Source: Chiloscyllium plagiosum (taxonomy: Eukaryota). Taken from it: DNA of 39,551 nucleotides. The stretch is taken from contig NC_057711.1 in the NCBI RefSeq assembly GCF_004010195.1, positions 71,874,521 through 71,914,071 of the forward strand, written 5' to 3'. A program made the translations under genes and the position numbers. This document shows positions 12,180 through 24,006 of this stretch, in pieces (position 1 is the stretch's first letter; each line of letters starts with the position of its first letter). Below the pieces are notes generated by a model. The model had not been told where the DNA came from. It saw only the letters and a list, made by a program, of their open reading frames with translations, and searched no databases.

Positions 12180-12555
12180 TGCATTATGAGATACTACGCA
12201 CCTTGGTAGGAAGAATAGAGATGTAGACTGTTTTCTAAATGGGGAAAACTTCAGAAATCTGAAGCACAAAGACACTTAAGAGTCCTAATTCAGGATTCTC
12301 TTAAGGTTAACAAGCAGGTGCACTTGGTAGTTAGGAAGGCAAATGCAACGAAGTGACTTCACCTGATGAAGGGGCAGCACTCCAAAAGCTTGTGATCTCA
12401 GATAAACCTATTGGACTATAACAGGGTGTTGTGTCACTTCTGACCCTGTCCATCCCAGTCCAACACCTGCACCATCGCATCTAGAATACAGGAGCAGGAA
12501 GGTACTGCGGAGGCTGTACAAGGTTCTGGTCAGACTATGTTTGTAATATTGTACA
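12180..12555 (+). mobile_element. CR1 ORF2 fragment
   Basis: GRKNRDVDCFLNGEKL, VRKAN, LYKVLVR motifs. Confidence 0.75.
12350..12481 (+). mobile_element. Penelope 3' end with hammerhead remnant
   Basis: cctgatgaaggggcagcactccaaaagctt followed by the same tail family as 11190-11392. Confidence 0.75.
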
Positions 12556-12559
12556 CACT

Positions 12560-12785
12560 GTTGCTACTGAGTATCAGTGATGGAAGAAACAGGGATGATT
12601 GTGGATGAGGGGCCAATCAGGCAGACTGTTTTATTCTAGGTAATGTCAAGTTTCTTGGGTGTTGTTGGAGCTGCACTCATCCAGGCAAGTGGGCAGTATC
12701 GCATCACACTCCTGAACTGTGTCTTGTAAACAGTAAACAGTTTTGGGTGGTTAGGAGGTGAGTTATTAATTGTAATATTGCTAGA
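12560..12785 (-). mobile_element. Old LINE fragment
   Basis: gttgttggagctgcactcatccaggcaagtgg signature; appears to be the same family as 7790-8154. Confidence 0.55.
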
Positions 12786-13302
12786 CACTTCCTTTGTAAT
12801 TACTCTTTTTTAAAGTGAGCAGTGTTGTTTCCAAGCCAAGTTCCTCCTTCTCAAACTGAATGCTAAGTTCTACCAAGATATGGTTACTGTTTCCTAGGTG
12901 ATCTTTTATTCTGGCATCATCATTAAATCTGCCTCATTACCAAAATAGCCAGATTCCTGGTTGGATTCCTGGTTCTACAGTTCTGGGAAACTGTCCTGAA
13001 TACATTCTATGAATTCTTCTTCATGGTTACCTCTGCCAATCTGCCAATCTATATCACTCTACAATCTACATATTGTTCTTATTAACCTTCTGATGCCTGG
13101 TTCAAAATGGCAGGTCCCACATATTGTCTGGGTCAACTGTAAGATGCAGTTATCAGATTGGATAATGTCAGGTTTTATTGCTTAATTGCAACAGCTTATA
13201 GTTGCCATGAGCTGCATGAGTCTGTGAATCAAGAGTTAGCTGCATGAGCATGCCACAAAAACAATAAGACACAGTTTGTCTATAATACATACTTATTTAC
13301 TA

Positions 13303-13490
13303 AGGTAAAACAACAAACTGCTGCGCTGGAAATCTGAAGTAAAACTAGAAAGTGCTGGAGAAACTCAGCAGGCTTGCAGCATCTGTAGACTTCCTGATGA
13401 AGGGTCAATGGACCTGTGGCATTCACTGTTTCTCTCTTTACAGATGCTGCCAGACTTGCTGAGTTTCTGCAGCACTTTTTGTTTTTGTTT
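13303..13490. mobile_element. Penelope-derived fold-back element
   Basis: Arms aaactcagcaggcttgcagcatctgta / tacagatgctgccagacttgctgagttt around cctgatgaagggtcaatggacc; same family as 1673-1914. Confidence 0.75.
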
Positions 13491-14255
13491 ACTTACTTAT
13501 GCTTTGTTAACATGTATCTGATAATTTTATTCTGTATCTATTCACATGTTGCTGTAATTTTATATCATCTGAATTATAATCTGCTTTGAGAATCACAGTG
13601 CTGGAACTTAATAATAATGATAAAGGGAAATGCTCAATATGATTTGTTCAATAGTACTCCTATAAAAAGCAGTCCTGCTCGATTAGCTGCTGTGTATAGC
13701 AACCATTCAGTGACTGAAAGCAAGCAGCAGTGATAAATGAATACAAGCCATTAGCCAAGTTCAATTGCAAGATCCTTTGCAAATTAATTACTGAAGCCCT
13801 TGATCGTTATGGTGATGTTTGCACACCTTGTCATCCTTTCACTGAGGCTGGAAAAACTAACAGCCCAAAGCACCCATAGTGTTGTAACTGACTCTGCAGA
13901 ACTGTGTTCCCTAAAGGATAGCAACAGTATCACCTGCCTTCTTGATCTAGCCCAAATAATTCTTCCTAATACACTCTGTGCTTCAGAGCTTTAAATATCC
14001 AAAAAGCACATACATATATCAAAAGCTCAATCTCATTGATGTAGGAGACTTGCCCTAACAAAAATATATACAGCAATTTATTGTATAGTGTTACTCAGGG
14101 AGAACACTTTTTATCCTAACAGATTATTTACAAGTGAAGTTGACATATAAAGAGTATCATTCAGCATTGCCATTTCAGATGGAACATTTGAATAAAAGAA
14201 TAGTAGGCATTGTTCATCCCTGGGTAAGCAGAGGGACAAGACAGCTCAGCAGGCA

Positions 14256-14394
14256 CTAGAGTCATAGAGATGTACAAATGGAAACAGACTGTTCGGTCCA
14301 ACCCGTCCATGCCGACCAGATATCCCAACCCAACCTAGTCCCACCTGCCAGCACCCGGCCCATATCCCTCCAAACCCTTCCTATTCATATACCC
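14256..14394 (-). mobile_element. CR1 3' end
   Basis: Reverse complement of the 7565-7700 sequence (tagagtcatagag...). Confidence 0.9.
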
Positions 14395-14395
14395 A

Positions 14396-14578
14396 GGAGA
14401 AAGTGAGGACTGCAGATGCTGGAGATCAGAGCTGAAAATGTGTTGCTGGAAGTCAGGAAGAAGATTGCAGGTTAGGAAGGTGGTGCTGAGTTCGAGGGTT
14501 GGGACTGAGACAAGGTGGGGGGAGGGGAAATGAGGAAACTGGAGAAATCTGAGTTCATCGACAAGGTGGGGGGAGGGC
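14396..14578 (-). mobile_element. Internally deleted Penelope 3' fragment
   Basis: Reverse complement of 10320-10364 joined to the reverse complement of about 10010-10100. Confidence 0.8.
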
Positions 14579-15488
14579 ACCCTGTTCCATACAGGAAATC
14601 CAGGTACCACCTTTATAAGGCCATCAGAGATATGAATAGGCAGTACCAAACTAAGCTGGCAATCTATACCAACCACACAGACACCCCTCATTTGTGGCAA
14701 GGCTTACACGGTATAGCGGGCTACAAAGTGATGTTGAACAGAATTGTGGGCAATAGCACATATCTATCCAATGAGCTCAATGCACTCTAAGCTCGCTTTG
14801 AGCAGAAGGGCAGTGAAATAATGTCATCTATCTCAATAGCCTTGGATGCACCTGTACCCACGGTCACCACACGGACATAAGATTGGTCTTTTTGAGAGTG
14901 AACCCATGGAAAGCAACTGGCCTTGATGGAGACCCTGTGCAGAGCAGCTGATGGGAGTATTCGCAAAGATCTTTAACCTTTCCTTACAATGATCTGATTC
15001 ATGTCCTGATTAAAGAAGACCAGTATCATCCAGGTACCAAAGAAAAATTATGCAACATTCAATGGTTACCGTCCAATGGATCTGACTCCATAATTATGAC
15101 GTGCTTTGAGAAGTTAGTCGTGGCTCACATCAACTCCAGCCTACAAAATTACCTTGATCCTTTGCGATTCGCCTCTGGCACAACAGATCCGCAGCAGATC
15201 TCACTGTCCACACTATCTCCCTGGCCTTACCCTCATCCCTGGAACATCTGGATAACAAGGATACCTATGTTAGACTCCTACTTATTAACTTCACCTCTGC
15301 CTTCTACACCATAGTTCTAAACAAAATCATCTCTAAACTCTGAAACCTAGGTCTCGGCTCTCTCCTCTGTACCTGGAGCCTCATCTTCCTGACCCACAGA
15401 CCGCATTCAGTAAGAATAGGTGACAACACCTCGTGTACCATAATCCTCAACACCAGTGCCCCAAAAGGCTGTGTACTCAGCCCCTTAC
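14579..15488 (+). mobile_element. Degenerate Rex1/Babar non-LTR retrotransposon fragment
   Basis: [68 protein letters not shown]. Confidence 0.85.
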
Positions 15489-16461
15489 AAGTGAATATGG
15501 ATAGGTAGGTGAATAGCCAAAATTTTACAGATGGAGTTTAATGTAGATAAGTGAGAAGTGATCAGTTTGGTGGGAAGATTAAAAAGGAGAAAGTGAGGAC
15601 AGCAGATGCTGGAGATCAGAGTCGAAGAGTGGGGTGCTAGAAAAGCACAGCCAGTCAGGGCATCTGAGGAGCTGGAGCTTATGCCTGAAACATCGATTCT
15701 TCTGCTCCTCGGATGCTGCCTGACCAGTTGTGCTTTTCCAGTGCCACACTCTTCGACTCAGGAAGATTAAAAAGGCAACTTACTATCTAAATGGAGAGAA
15801 ACTTCAAAATGCTTTGGTGCAGAGGGATCTGGTGGTCTCATGCTTGAATTACAAAATACTAAGGAGGGCAAATTGGATTTTGGCATTTATTTCAAAAAGA
15901 ATGTTGTGTAAAAGTAGGGAAATATTTTGCAGTTGTAAAGACATTAGTAAGGCTGCACCTGGAGTACTGCATACAGTTTTGGTCCCCTTACTTGAGGCCA
16001 TGTCAGAGAAGGATGACTAGGTTAATTCCTGAGAAGAAAGATCCAGTCTAATAAACAGAGCTTGAGCAGTTAAAGCCTAGTTTTGCCAGAGTTTAGAAGA
16101 ATGAAAGGAAATGCAATCGAGAGAAATTAGATGCTAAAGAGAATTCATGAAGATATAGAGCAGATGTTACCCCTTATGGAGCAGTCCAGAATTAAAGCTC
16201 ATAGTTTTAGATGACAGAGTGGCAGATTTAAAACAAAGAAGAGGAGAAATTACTTGTCTCAAACCTGTAAAATTCACTACCGCAGAGTGTGGTGGATGGA
16301 GTAATTTCAAGAAGGAGATAGAAAGGATTTTAATTAGTAGCAGATTATAGGGTTATGAGGAATGGATAGAAAAGTGGAGTTGAGGCTGTGATAAGATCAG
16401 CCATGATTGTGGCCTCAAGGGGCTGGATTGTCTACTTCTGCTTCTATCTCTTATGTTCTTA
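15489..16461 (+). mobile_element. Degenerate CR1 3' fragment
   Basis: QMEFNVDK.EV, YYLNGEKLQ, QRDL motifs, and a CR1 3'UTR ending tcttatgttctta. Confidence 0.85.
15586..15760. mobile_element. Penelope-derived fold-back element
   Basis: Inverted arms; tail of the 10320-10364 family on the minus strand; TSD ggaagattaaaaa at 15573-15585 and 15761-15773. Confidence 0.85.
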
Positions 16462-16464
16462 TTT

Positions 16465-17088
16465 CATCGGAACAACTATCTTCCGGGAAGAAAATTCAGA
16501 AGATTAAACGTCCTCCAAATGAGCTAATGGCCCAACAACAAGGTCTAAAAAGAACAAAGTTTTCTGCAAAGGATCTCAGAGAGAGATGAAAGATCCTCCA
16601 GCAGAGAAATGCTCCACAGTTCAGAACCAGGTGGATAAAGAGTCCTCAAGCTCGACACCTGCCATTCTTCCAAGTCAAAGGAAAGTACATTCTGAGAAAA
16701 GTGAGAAACGTCCAGACTGCCTGTGTTCATGATGTCAGCAAATTGGGAAAGGATGGGGCTAATGGTAACTGTAATAATTATATAAATGGTTGTATAATGG
16801 GATAGCCATGGGATAAAGCTTGGGGGAGATGTTATATAAGGCAATGGTTCTAATGTTCATGCTACACTGGCTATATTCATTTTACTAATGTCTCACATAG
16901 CCTGTAGAGGGTGGCACGTTATTCTACTCCACCTTTTTGGAAGGAGCAGATATCTATGAGAGCACCATAAGGTCCTTCTAAGCATGCCTCATCAAATATA
17001 ACCGTATTGTACTATCATGTAATAAATCTTTTTTATTGTTATCTTTTGCCTTTTCAGCAGCTACGCTAGGGTGGTGTATCCTATACCA
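16465..17088 (+). mobile_element. Possible Gypsy LTR-retrotransposon 3' end (integrase tail, PPT, LTR)
   Basis: Degenerate GKKIQKIKRP..KDLR and KRPDCL* resemble a Gypsy integrase C-terminus; PPT gggggaga at 16822-16829; TGTTATA...TATACCA at 16830-17088 with AATAAA at 17021. Confidence 0.4.
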
Positions 17089-17476
17089 TTAATTACTAGT
17101 TGGCGCAAAGCAAACCAAAGACAAAGGAGGATTGTTGGAAGTAAACTACAACAACCCTTATTAGTACCACACACTTGGAGAGGCGACCACACCACAAGGT
17201 ACCAAAAATGGTCTTCTGGGAAATATAACAATGAGCACCATTGACCTGCTTAATGTTTCAAGAATTGTTTGCAGTATACAGCAAAATCCTTTTTCCAACT
17301 TGGCCAGACAAACCTCAGAAGGCTTTTTGACGATTCAGTAGCTACATATTTTGGCCCTGAATGTCCACTCAAGTCATTCCAATCTCCTGCTGTAACCTAA
17401 ACAGGAGACCTCTGGAACCCTTGGAGAAATAGCATAATGATTGAAACCAGAAGTGTGGTAGGTCTCCATTCCCCTG

Positions 17477-17668
17477 AGTTTAAAATCACACAACACCATG
17501 TTGGACTCCAACAGATTTATTTGAAAGTACATGTTTTCGGAGCGCTGCTCCTTCATCAGGTTACCTTCAAAAGCATGTGCTTTCAAATAAACCTGTTGGT
17601 CTACAACCTGATGTTGTGTGATTTTTAGCTTTGTCCACCCCAGTCCAACACCAGCACCTCCACATCAT
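17477..17668. mobile_element. Penelope-derived fold-back element
   Basis: Minus-strand cctgatgaaggagcagcgctccgaaaac core (about 17533-17560), inverted arms, tail tccaccccagtccaacacc. Confidence 0.8.
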
Positions 17669-17934
17669 GACCCTTGAGCTAGAGAGAGAGAGGAATCTCA
17701 ATCTGCTCCCCATTTAGTGATTCCTACCATAGTAGAGTATACATTAAACTTTGCTGTAATTTTGAACTGCTTTCAGCCAGGAAAACATAAACGTTGAGTA
17801 AAATGAATTTAAAAAATCAATTGCATTGATGCAGACTGAATTAATAAAAAATCAATTCATATCACTGCCTCATATCATAAAATGAAATGAAACAATATGT
17901 AGTAATATCATCTGTTGATAGCATTGTTGCTTGC

Positions 17935-18170
17935 AAGACACAAGATTCCACATTCTAGACCCATACCAGGGCTATAGCACATAATCTATGGTGAAGCCTC
18001 AGTGCAGATTCAGTAACACAGATTAGCTGGTAATTATCAGATTGTTGTTCTGGGTGTTCATTGTGTGCAATTTGGCTGCAGTGCTTTCTTCATTACACTG
18101 CCTTGACTGTAAAGTTTTTGAGGCATCCGATGACAATGAAAAGCGCTATATAAATGCAAGATTTTCTTTT
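17935..18170 (+). mobile_element. Degenerate DeuSINE/SacSINE1-like SINE
   Basis: acagattagctggtaattatc...ttggctgc core and 3' end aaaagcgctatataaatgcaag. Confidence 0.6.
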
Positions 18171-19372
18171 TCTCTTTGTATATTTTCATGGGATCCCTGA
18201 TGAAGGCTCGAACTTTGGCCATTTATGCACAACTCTAATGCAGTTGTTAAACCACTTAGAATAAAATGGATTAACCATGTGATTAAAATAGCACACAAAG
18301 GAATTCTACACAAATGTGCAAATTATCAGACAGTATTAAGCCTCACTCTGTCTGGACTCCTACAACAAGCATGGCTGCTGGATAGAGGCATAAGATGGCA
18401 AATGGCACTGAGCAACCATGTTCCTGCATTGCCTGTGTTTGAGGACAAGGGAGAAGGAAACTGGAAAAATATTCAAAACAGATTCTAATGCAGAGAAAAA
18501 GTGCAATGTTATAAAAGCAGTAAGTGTGGGCTACACACTGACATTGCTAGCTACAGGGTTCGGTGCTCTACATTATTAGCTGAATATGCTGACAATACAA
18601 TAAAGCAGTCACAAAGACCAGGCCTGGCACCTTTGCTTGCCTTTATCATTGGGTCCCAATACAGAGAAGCATGTTAACGTGATCTATCAGGTGGAACTGA
18701 CTGAGTCTTTAAAGTTAGCAATATAACTATAACCACGTTTACTTTACCTCTGTTTTGAAAAAAAAATACTTAAGACAGTTAAGAATGGTAAAGCTACATA
18801 TAATATAATAACATTCCACACAAATAATTAATTTAGGATGAGAAAATAATGATGGGGTAATTACCTTGTGAAATGGGTATGACACTACCAATTTTAAAGC
18901 TGTAAATTATGCAACCCATTTGAATCACTGATTTCAGTGCAATGCTTAAAATTATCATGGTGTCACTGCCATTTAATTACTTGTCAGATGACTGCTTGAT
19001 AAGTATTTTGTTTCTTTTCACCAAAACATTCTTAATCAACACTCGCCTGTCGAGGACAAAAGTATAGGAAGTGGTGTTTGCATTGGCTGGTTTGGACGGA
19101 TGTTACACAAGTTAGAATACGCATGCCTTTGAGAAGGACATACGGAAGCAACTGGGTTTTATCCTTTTAGCTCCAGCCACTATGGTGCTGAGAATACTAA
19201 CTGATGCTGGAGTATTGTTTCAAAGGCAGTGGATACTATTCTTGCTTTGAAACTTTGTCATTTTCCCTCTCTGAGCCAAGCAGAATCCAAACCATGACTA
19301 TTCCATCTTCTGGCACTCATGTACAAAAGTCATGGCTTAATAATCAGGAGCAGTAGGTCTGTTTATACATTT

Positions 19373-19560
19373 TCTGGATTAGTAGTGCTGGAAGAGGACA
19401 GGAGTTCAGGAAACATCCAAGGAGCAGCGAAATCAACGTTTCAGGCAAAAGCCCTAAACGTTGATTTCGCTGCTCCTTGGATGCTTCCTGAACTGCTGTG
19501 CTCTTCCAGCACCACTAATCCAGAATCTGGTTTCCAGCATCTGCAGTCATTGTTTTTACC
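19373..19560. mobile_element. Young Penelope-derived fold-back element
   Basis: Near-perfect ~70-bp inverted arms with the apex at ggcaaaagcc; TSD ctgtttatacattt at 19359-19372 and 19561-19574. Confidence 0.9.
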
Positions 19561-19909
19561 CTGTTTATACATTTCCCAATTTAAAATGTTGAAGCAAAGA
19601 ATAATGCTCCTCTCATCTACATCATTGAAAATTATTTCAAATTTGAGATTTGAAACAGAACAACTACATATTCTAACTTGTCTCACTCATGTATTGATCC
19701 ACTGAAACAGAAGCCAGTAAGTTCTTCTCTTTTTTCCTGTTTGAATTATGTGGTGAATTCAAAAATCACACCCTCCAAGTGGGCAGCCACATCTCATGGG
19801 ATCGCGTATCAAAAATCCATTACAGAAGTGTTGAAAGCCTAACTCTGACCATACATTTCTATTGAGCTGGTCTTACTTCCGCAAATGCAAGATTGCCAAA
19901 TTTGCAACT

Positions 19910-20285
19910 GCAACAACAATGTGCATTTATGTGATGCTTTTGCACAGTAAGATGCCCAAAAGCACTTCACAGCAGCATGATAAATCAAAATTTGATTTCA
20001 AGCTACATTAGGGGATATTGGAGCAAATGAGCCAAAGCTTGTTTAGAGGCTGATTTCAAGGAGTTTTTTACACAAGAAATTACAGGAAGAAATGCTGGAT
20101 GCATTTAGAGAGGGAATTCCAGATCTTAGGGCTTTTACCGCTGATAGGCTGATCCCCAAAGCTATTGCAATTAAAGTCAGTATCCCTCAAAACATCAAAA
20201 TTAGAGTAAGGAAGAAGGGTCTTGGATTGGAGGAGATTACAGATGTAGGGAGAGATGAGGCCATGATTAGAATTTCAAGATTGTA
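19910..20285 (-). mobile_element. L2-type LINE 3' fragment
   Basis: aacaacaatgtgcattta...aagcacttcacag (reverse of an L2 3' end) and gggaattccaga (LWNSLP on the minus strand). Confidence 0.6.
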
Positions 20286-20342
20286 ACATTGGTTTCCAGC
20301 CACAGTTGTGATTCTTTGAACTCTGATGTCACATTTTACCCT

Positions 20343-20582
20343 GATGTGGAGTTGGTGGTGTTAGATGGGGGTGGACAAAGTTCAAAATCACACAACACCA
20401 GATTATAGTCCAATAGGTTTTATTTGGAAGTATTAGGTTTCAGAGCACTGTTCCTTCCTCAGGTCAGCGGTAGAGCAGGATCATGAGACACAGAACTTAT
20501 AGCAAAAGATCACGCACGCAAACACACACTCTCACATGCACACACTCACACTCTCTCTTTCTCTCTCACACACACACATTCA

Positions 20583-20616
<34 letters not shown>

Positions 20617-21165
20617 GTCCCTCTCTCTCTATTCCCCTCACATGCACACATATAAGTCTATGGGGCGAATTTGTATTTGCAGAATTACAATTGCATATAC
20701 ATTCTATTTTGTTCAAAAAAGTACACAATCTATAGGCAGTCAATGAAGGCAGTCAATCCATGTAACATTTAATAAATGCCTGCTTTGGAGATAGAACCAG
20801 TCTGACTCAAGATTGGGATACAGACAGACTCTAACCTCACACCTTTAATACACTGTCTGAGCTGAGATGTCATGTTTATTTGTAAAACCTTAAGTTATCT
20901 TGAGAATAGAAGTTTGAAAGAAATTCTGGGATTTACATATTAATGAACCAAAACCTGCAACCCATTTTAAAAGATGAAAGACTTACCAGCAATTTAGGTT
21001 TGTTCAATATATCGAATCAGTTCCATGCATGACACTGTGATCTTTTACAATAAATTCTGTGTCTTATGATCCTGCTCCACAGCTACCTGATGAAGGAGCA
21101 GCACTGCGAGAGCTAGCATTTCCAAATAAACTTGTTGGACTATAATCTGGTGTTGTGTCATATTT
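20343..21165. mobile_element. Longer Penelope fold-back element containing a CA/CT microsatellite
   Basis: 20345-20510 is the inverted copy of about 21040-21160; cctgatgaaggagcagcactgcgagagcta at about 21086. Confidence 0.8.
20511..20650 (+). repeat. Compound (CA)n/(CT)n microsatellite
   Basis: Seen directly. Confidence 0.9.
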
Positions 21166-21965
21166 CATCCTGAGGTGAGTGTCAGACCGCATATCCACAG
21201 CATCATTAAAACCAGCCATTTCCATTTCTATACTACCAAACTCCATCCCTGCCTGGGCTCATTTGCTGCTGAAATCCTCATCCACATCTTTGTTGGTGTA
21301 GGACTTAGAGTCATAGAGTCATAGAGATGTATAGCATGGAAGCAGACCCTTCGGTCCAACCCGTCCATGCCGACCAGATATCCCAACCCAATCTAGTCCC
21401 ACCTGCCAGCACCTGGCCCATATCCTTCCAAACCCTTCCTATTCATATACCTGTCCAAATGCCTCTTAAATGTTGCAATTGTACCAGCCTTCACCACATC
21501 CTCTGGCAGCTCATTCCATACGACCCTCTGCGTGAAAACGTTGCCCCTTAGGTCTCTTGTATACCTTTCCCTCTCACCCTAAACCTATGCCCTCTAGTTC
21601 TGGACTCCCCGACCCCAGGGAAAAGACTTTGTCTATCTATCCTATTTATGCCCCTCATAATTTTGTAAACCTCTATAAGGTCATGTCTCAGCCTCTGACG
21701 CTCCAGGGAAAACAGCCCCACCTATTCAGCCTCTCCCTGGAGCTCAGATTTTCCAACCCTGGCAACATCCTTGTAAATCTTTTCTGAACCCTTTCAAGTT
21801 TCACAACATCTTTCCGATAGGAAGTTGACCTTTCCAATTTTCTGGGGCCTGTATCTCATATTCCAGCTTTAACTTGGGATCTTCAAAATTCTCTGGTGTC
21901 TGTGCCCTACCTCACTCCAAATCCCATTTTCCAATCATCCCCTTGCTGCTTGACCTACATTAGTG
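21166..21965 (+). mobile_element. L2 RT C-terminal fragment split by a CR1 insertion
   Basis: HIHSIIKTSHFH..AAEILIHIFV (21190-21295) resumes after 21823 with QNS..PIIPLLLDLH*. Confidence 0.65.
21306..21822 (-). mobile_element. Young CR1 3' fragment
   Basis: Closely matches the reverse complement of 7363-7708; begins tagagtcatagagtcatagag. Confidence 0.93.
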
Positions 21966-22370
21966 ATTATTGAAACTCATGCTATCCCACTTTTGGGTGC
22001 ATTTCCTGTTATCCATGTGGTGATAAAGTTTCTCATGTTGGCAAACAGGGAATCAGAAAGATGGATACATGCACATGGAAATGCTTCAAAGTACTTTTGG
22101 AATGGTATAGATGGTATCAGGGTTACTCAAACACAGTGATTATTTGATCTATTATCTTTTAGATGCCAACATAGCTCTTGCTGTGAGCCAGCATAGCAGC
22201 TGTGCCTGGATATCTGGCAGGAAGTACGAGCCATATCAGGAGGGACTATCCCTTGATGTCTATGCTGAGTCTGTAACTGAGTAACCTGGCTGGGAAAATA
22301 GTGGCACCGAGGTTAATGCTGGATGAAAGAATGTTGACTGTTGCTGAGGTGTAGACATATACAGTAGCGC

Positions 22371-22677
22371 TGGATTAGTGGTGCTGGAAGAGCGCTGCAG
22401 TTCAGGCAGCATCCAAGGAGCAGTAAAATCGACGTTTTGGGCAAAAGCCCTTCATCAGGAATACAGGCAGAGAGCCTGAAGGGTGGAAAGATAAGTGAGA
22501 GGAGCTCCTCTCACTTATCTCTCCACCCTTCAGGCTCTCTGCCTGTATTCCTGATGAAGGGCTTTTGCCCGAAACGTTGATTTTGCTGCTCCTCGGATGC
22601 TGCCTGAACTGCTGTGCTCTTCCAGCACCACTAATCCAGAATCTGGTTTCCAGCATCTGCAGTCATTGTTTTTACCT
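22371..22677. mobile_element. Young Penelope fold-back element with two opposed hammerheads
   Basis: ~135-bp near-perfect arms with the apex at gaggagctcctc; TSD atatacagtagcgc at 22357-22370 and 22678-22691. Confidence 0.92.
22547..22582 (+). ncRNA. Minimal hammerhead ribozyme motif
   Basis: ATTC-CTGATGA-a-GGGC tttt GCCC-GAAA-CGTT^GATT. Confidence 0.75.
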
Positions 22678-22682
22678 ATATA

Positions 22683-23030
22683 CAGTAGCGCCTCGATTTA
22701 CCCACTTAATCCGTTCTGGGACCTGGTTCGCGAACCGAAAAGTTCGTGAACTAAATCAATTTTTCCCATTGCTCGGATAGCGTAAGAATGCTTGGACAGC
22801 TGTTCACAGCGCACGCGCCAAAGACGAACTGAATGAGATAACGCGGGGCCCGAGAGCTTTTGCGTTCAACAAGTGCGTAGCAAAGCAGAACAATAAAACC
22901 ACGTGGTCACACACGGGCTTTTTGCGTTCGTACATTCGTTCGTACCTTGAATTTCGTACGTACGTTGAAGCAATATTTTACGTACAATCCTGTTCGTGAA
23001 TCGGGTCGTTCGTATGTCGAGACGCTACTG
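22683..23030. mobile_element. Tc1/mariner-pogo (Tigger-like) MITE
   Basis: TIRs CAGTAGCGCCTCGA / TCGAGACGCTACTG (13 of 14 match), TA on the left flank (TG on the right), subterminal ttcgt repeats, CpG-rich. Confidence 0.85.
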
Positions 23031-23259
23031 TGTAATATTCTTTCCATGATCCTAAACCAACTGAAGACTGAGGGAATGGAATCTCTTACAATTAATAAAA
23101 GTTCCATCCTATTGATGGAGAGCATGTATGGCAACATAGATACAGGTTATTGCACCTTATACACTACACAAGTTGCCACGTGAGCAAAGCTTAATGCTTT
23201 CTTTTCCAGTTTTACTTTGTTAATGGGGATCAAAGGTAAGTATTTTTCATGGTCGAGAA

Positions 23260-23545
23260 GCCACAGGAAGAGGAGTGGGCCATTTAGCCTCTTGAGCCTG
23301 TTCTGACATTTAATGAGATCATGGCTGATCTGTAGGCTAACTCCAGTTGCCTGCTTTTAATACCTTTACTTATTAAAATAATCTATTTCAAATTTAAAAT
23401 GAACAACTGATCTAGCATCTGCTGCCATTTGTGGAAGGGTGTTCCAAATCACTACCAACCTCTCCATGTAGAGAAGTGCTTCCTTGCATCTCTCTTGAAT
23501 GGTCTGGCTCTAATTCTCAGACTTATATACAATAGTTCTAGAAAA
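23260..23545 (-). mobile_element. CR1 3' fragment
   Basis: ggccatttagcc...gatcatggctgatc CR1 3'UTR signature. Confidence 0.8.
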
Positions 23546-24006
23546 CGCCCTTGGTGGAACATGAACATGATATAGTACTGAAGTCACCTATTGCAACCTG
23601 AAGGGAGGTTTCACCATGAAGTTAAGGACCATATTGACTTAACAGCAACAGGGAATGCTGTCCATGCTTTGGTAAAAAGCTCAAGTTGGATCTACAATAG
23701 CCACCTTAATAAAGCAAAGATGCCTCACAGTTGTTCTTCAGTGAAGTTAATGGGTGAAAAGACCTTACTGACTATGCACTTTAGATATAGCCTCCTGAGA
23801 ATTGCCTCATCCAAAAGTACATGACATAACAGCGCAAATTTTGACATTATGCAGAGTACAATACAAATCAGTTTCTTTCAATATAGTATATAAAATGATA
23901 CATTGTAAATATAACCGGTAAAGACAAGTACAATGTACAGTTAATGTCAAACACTCTCCATGCAAACAATCCAATGTGTATCATGTCCTGTGTACCATTA
24001 CATTCA

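Noticed and set aside
19373..22677. Long hairpins as miRNA precursors, terminators or CRISPR repeats
   Set aside because: Explained by Penelope inverted ends with TSDs; there is no repeat-spacer periodicity and the DNA is eukaryotic.
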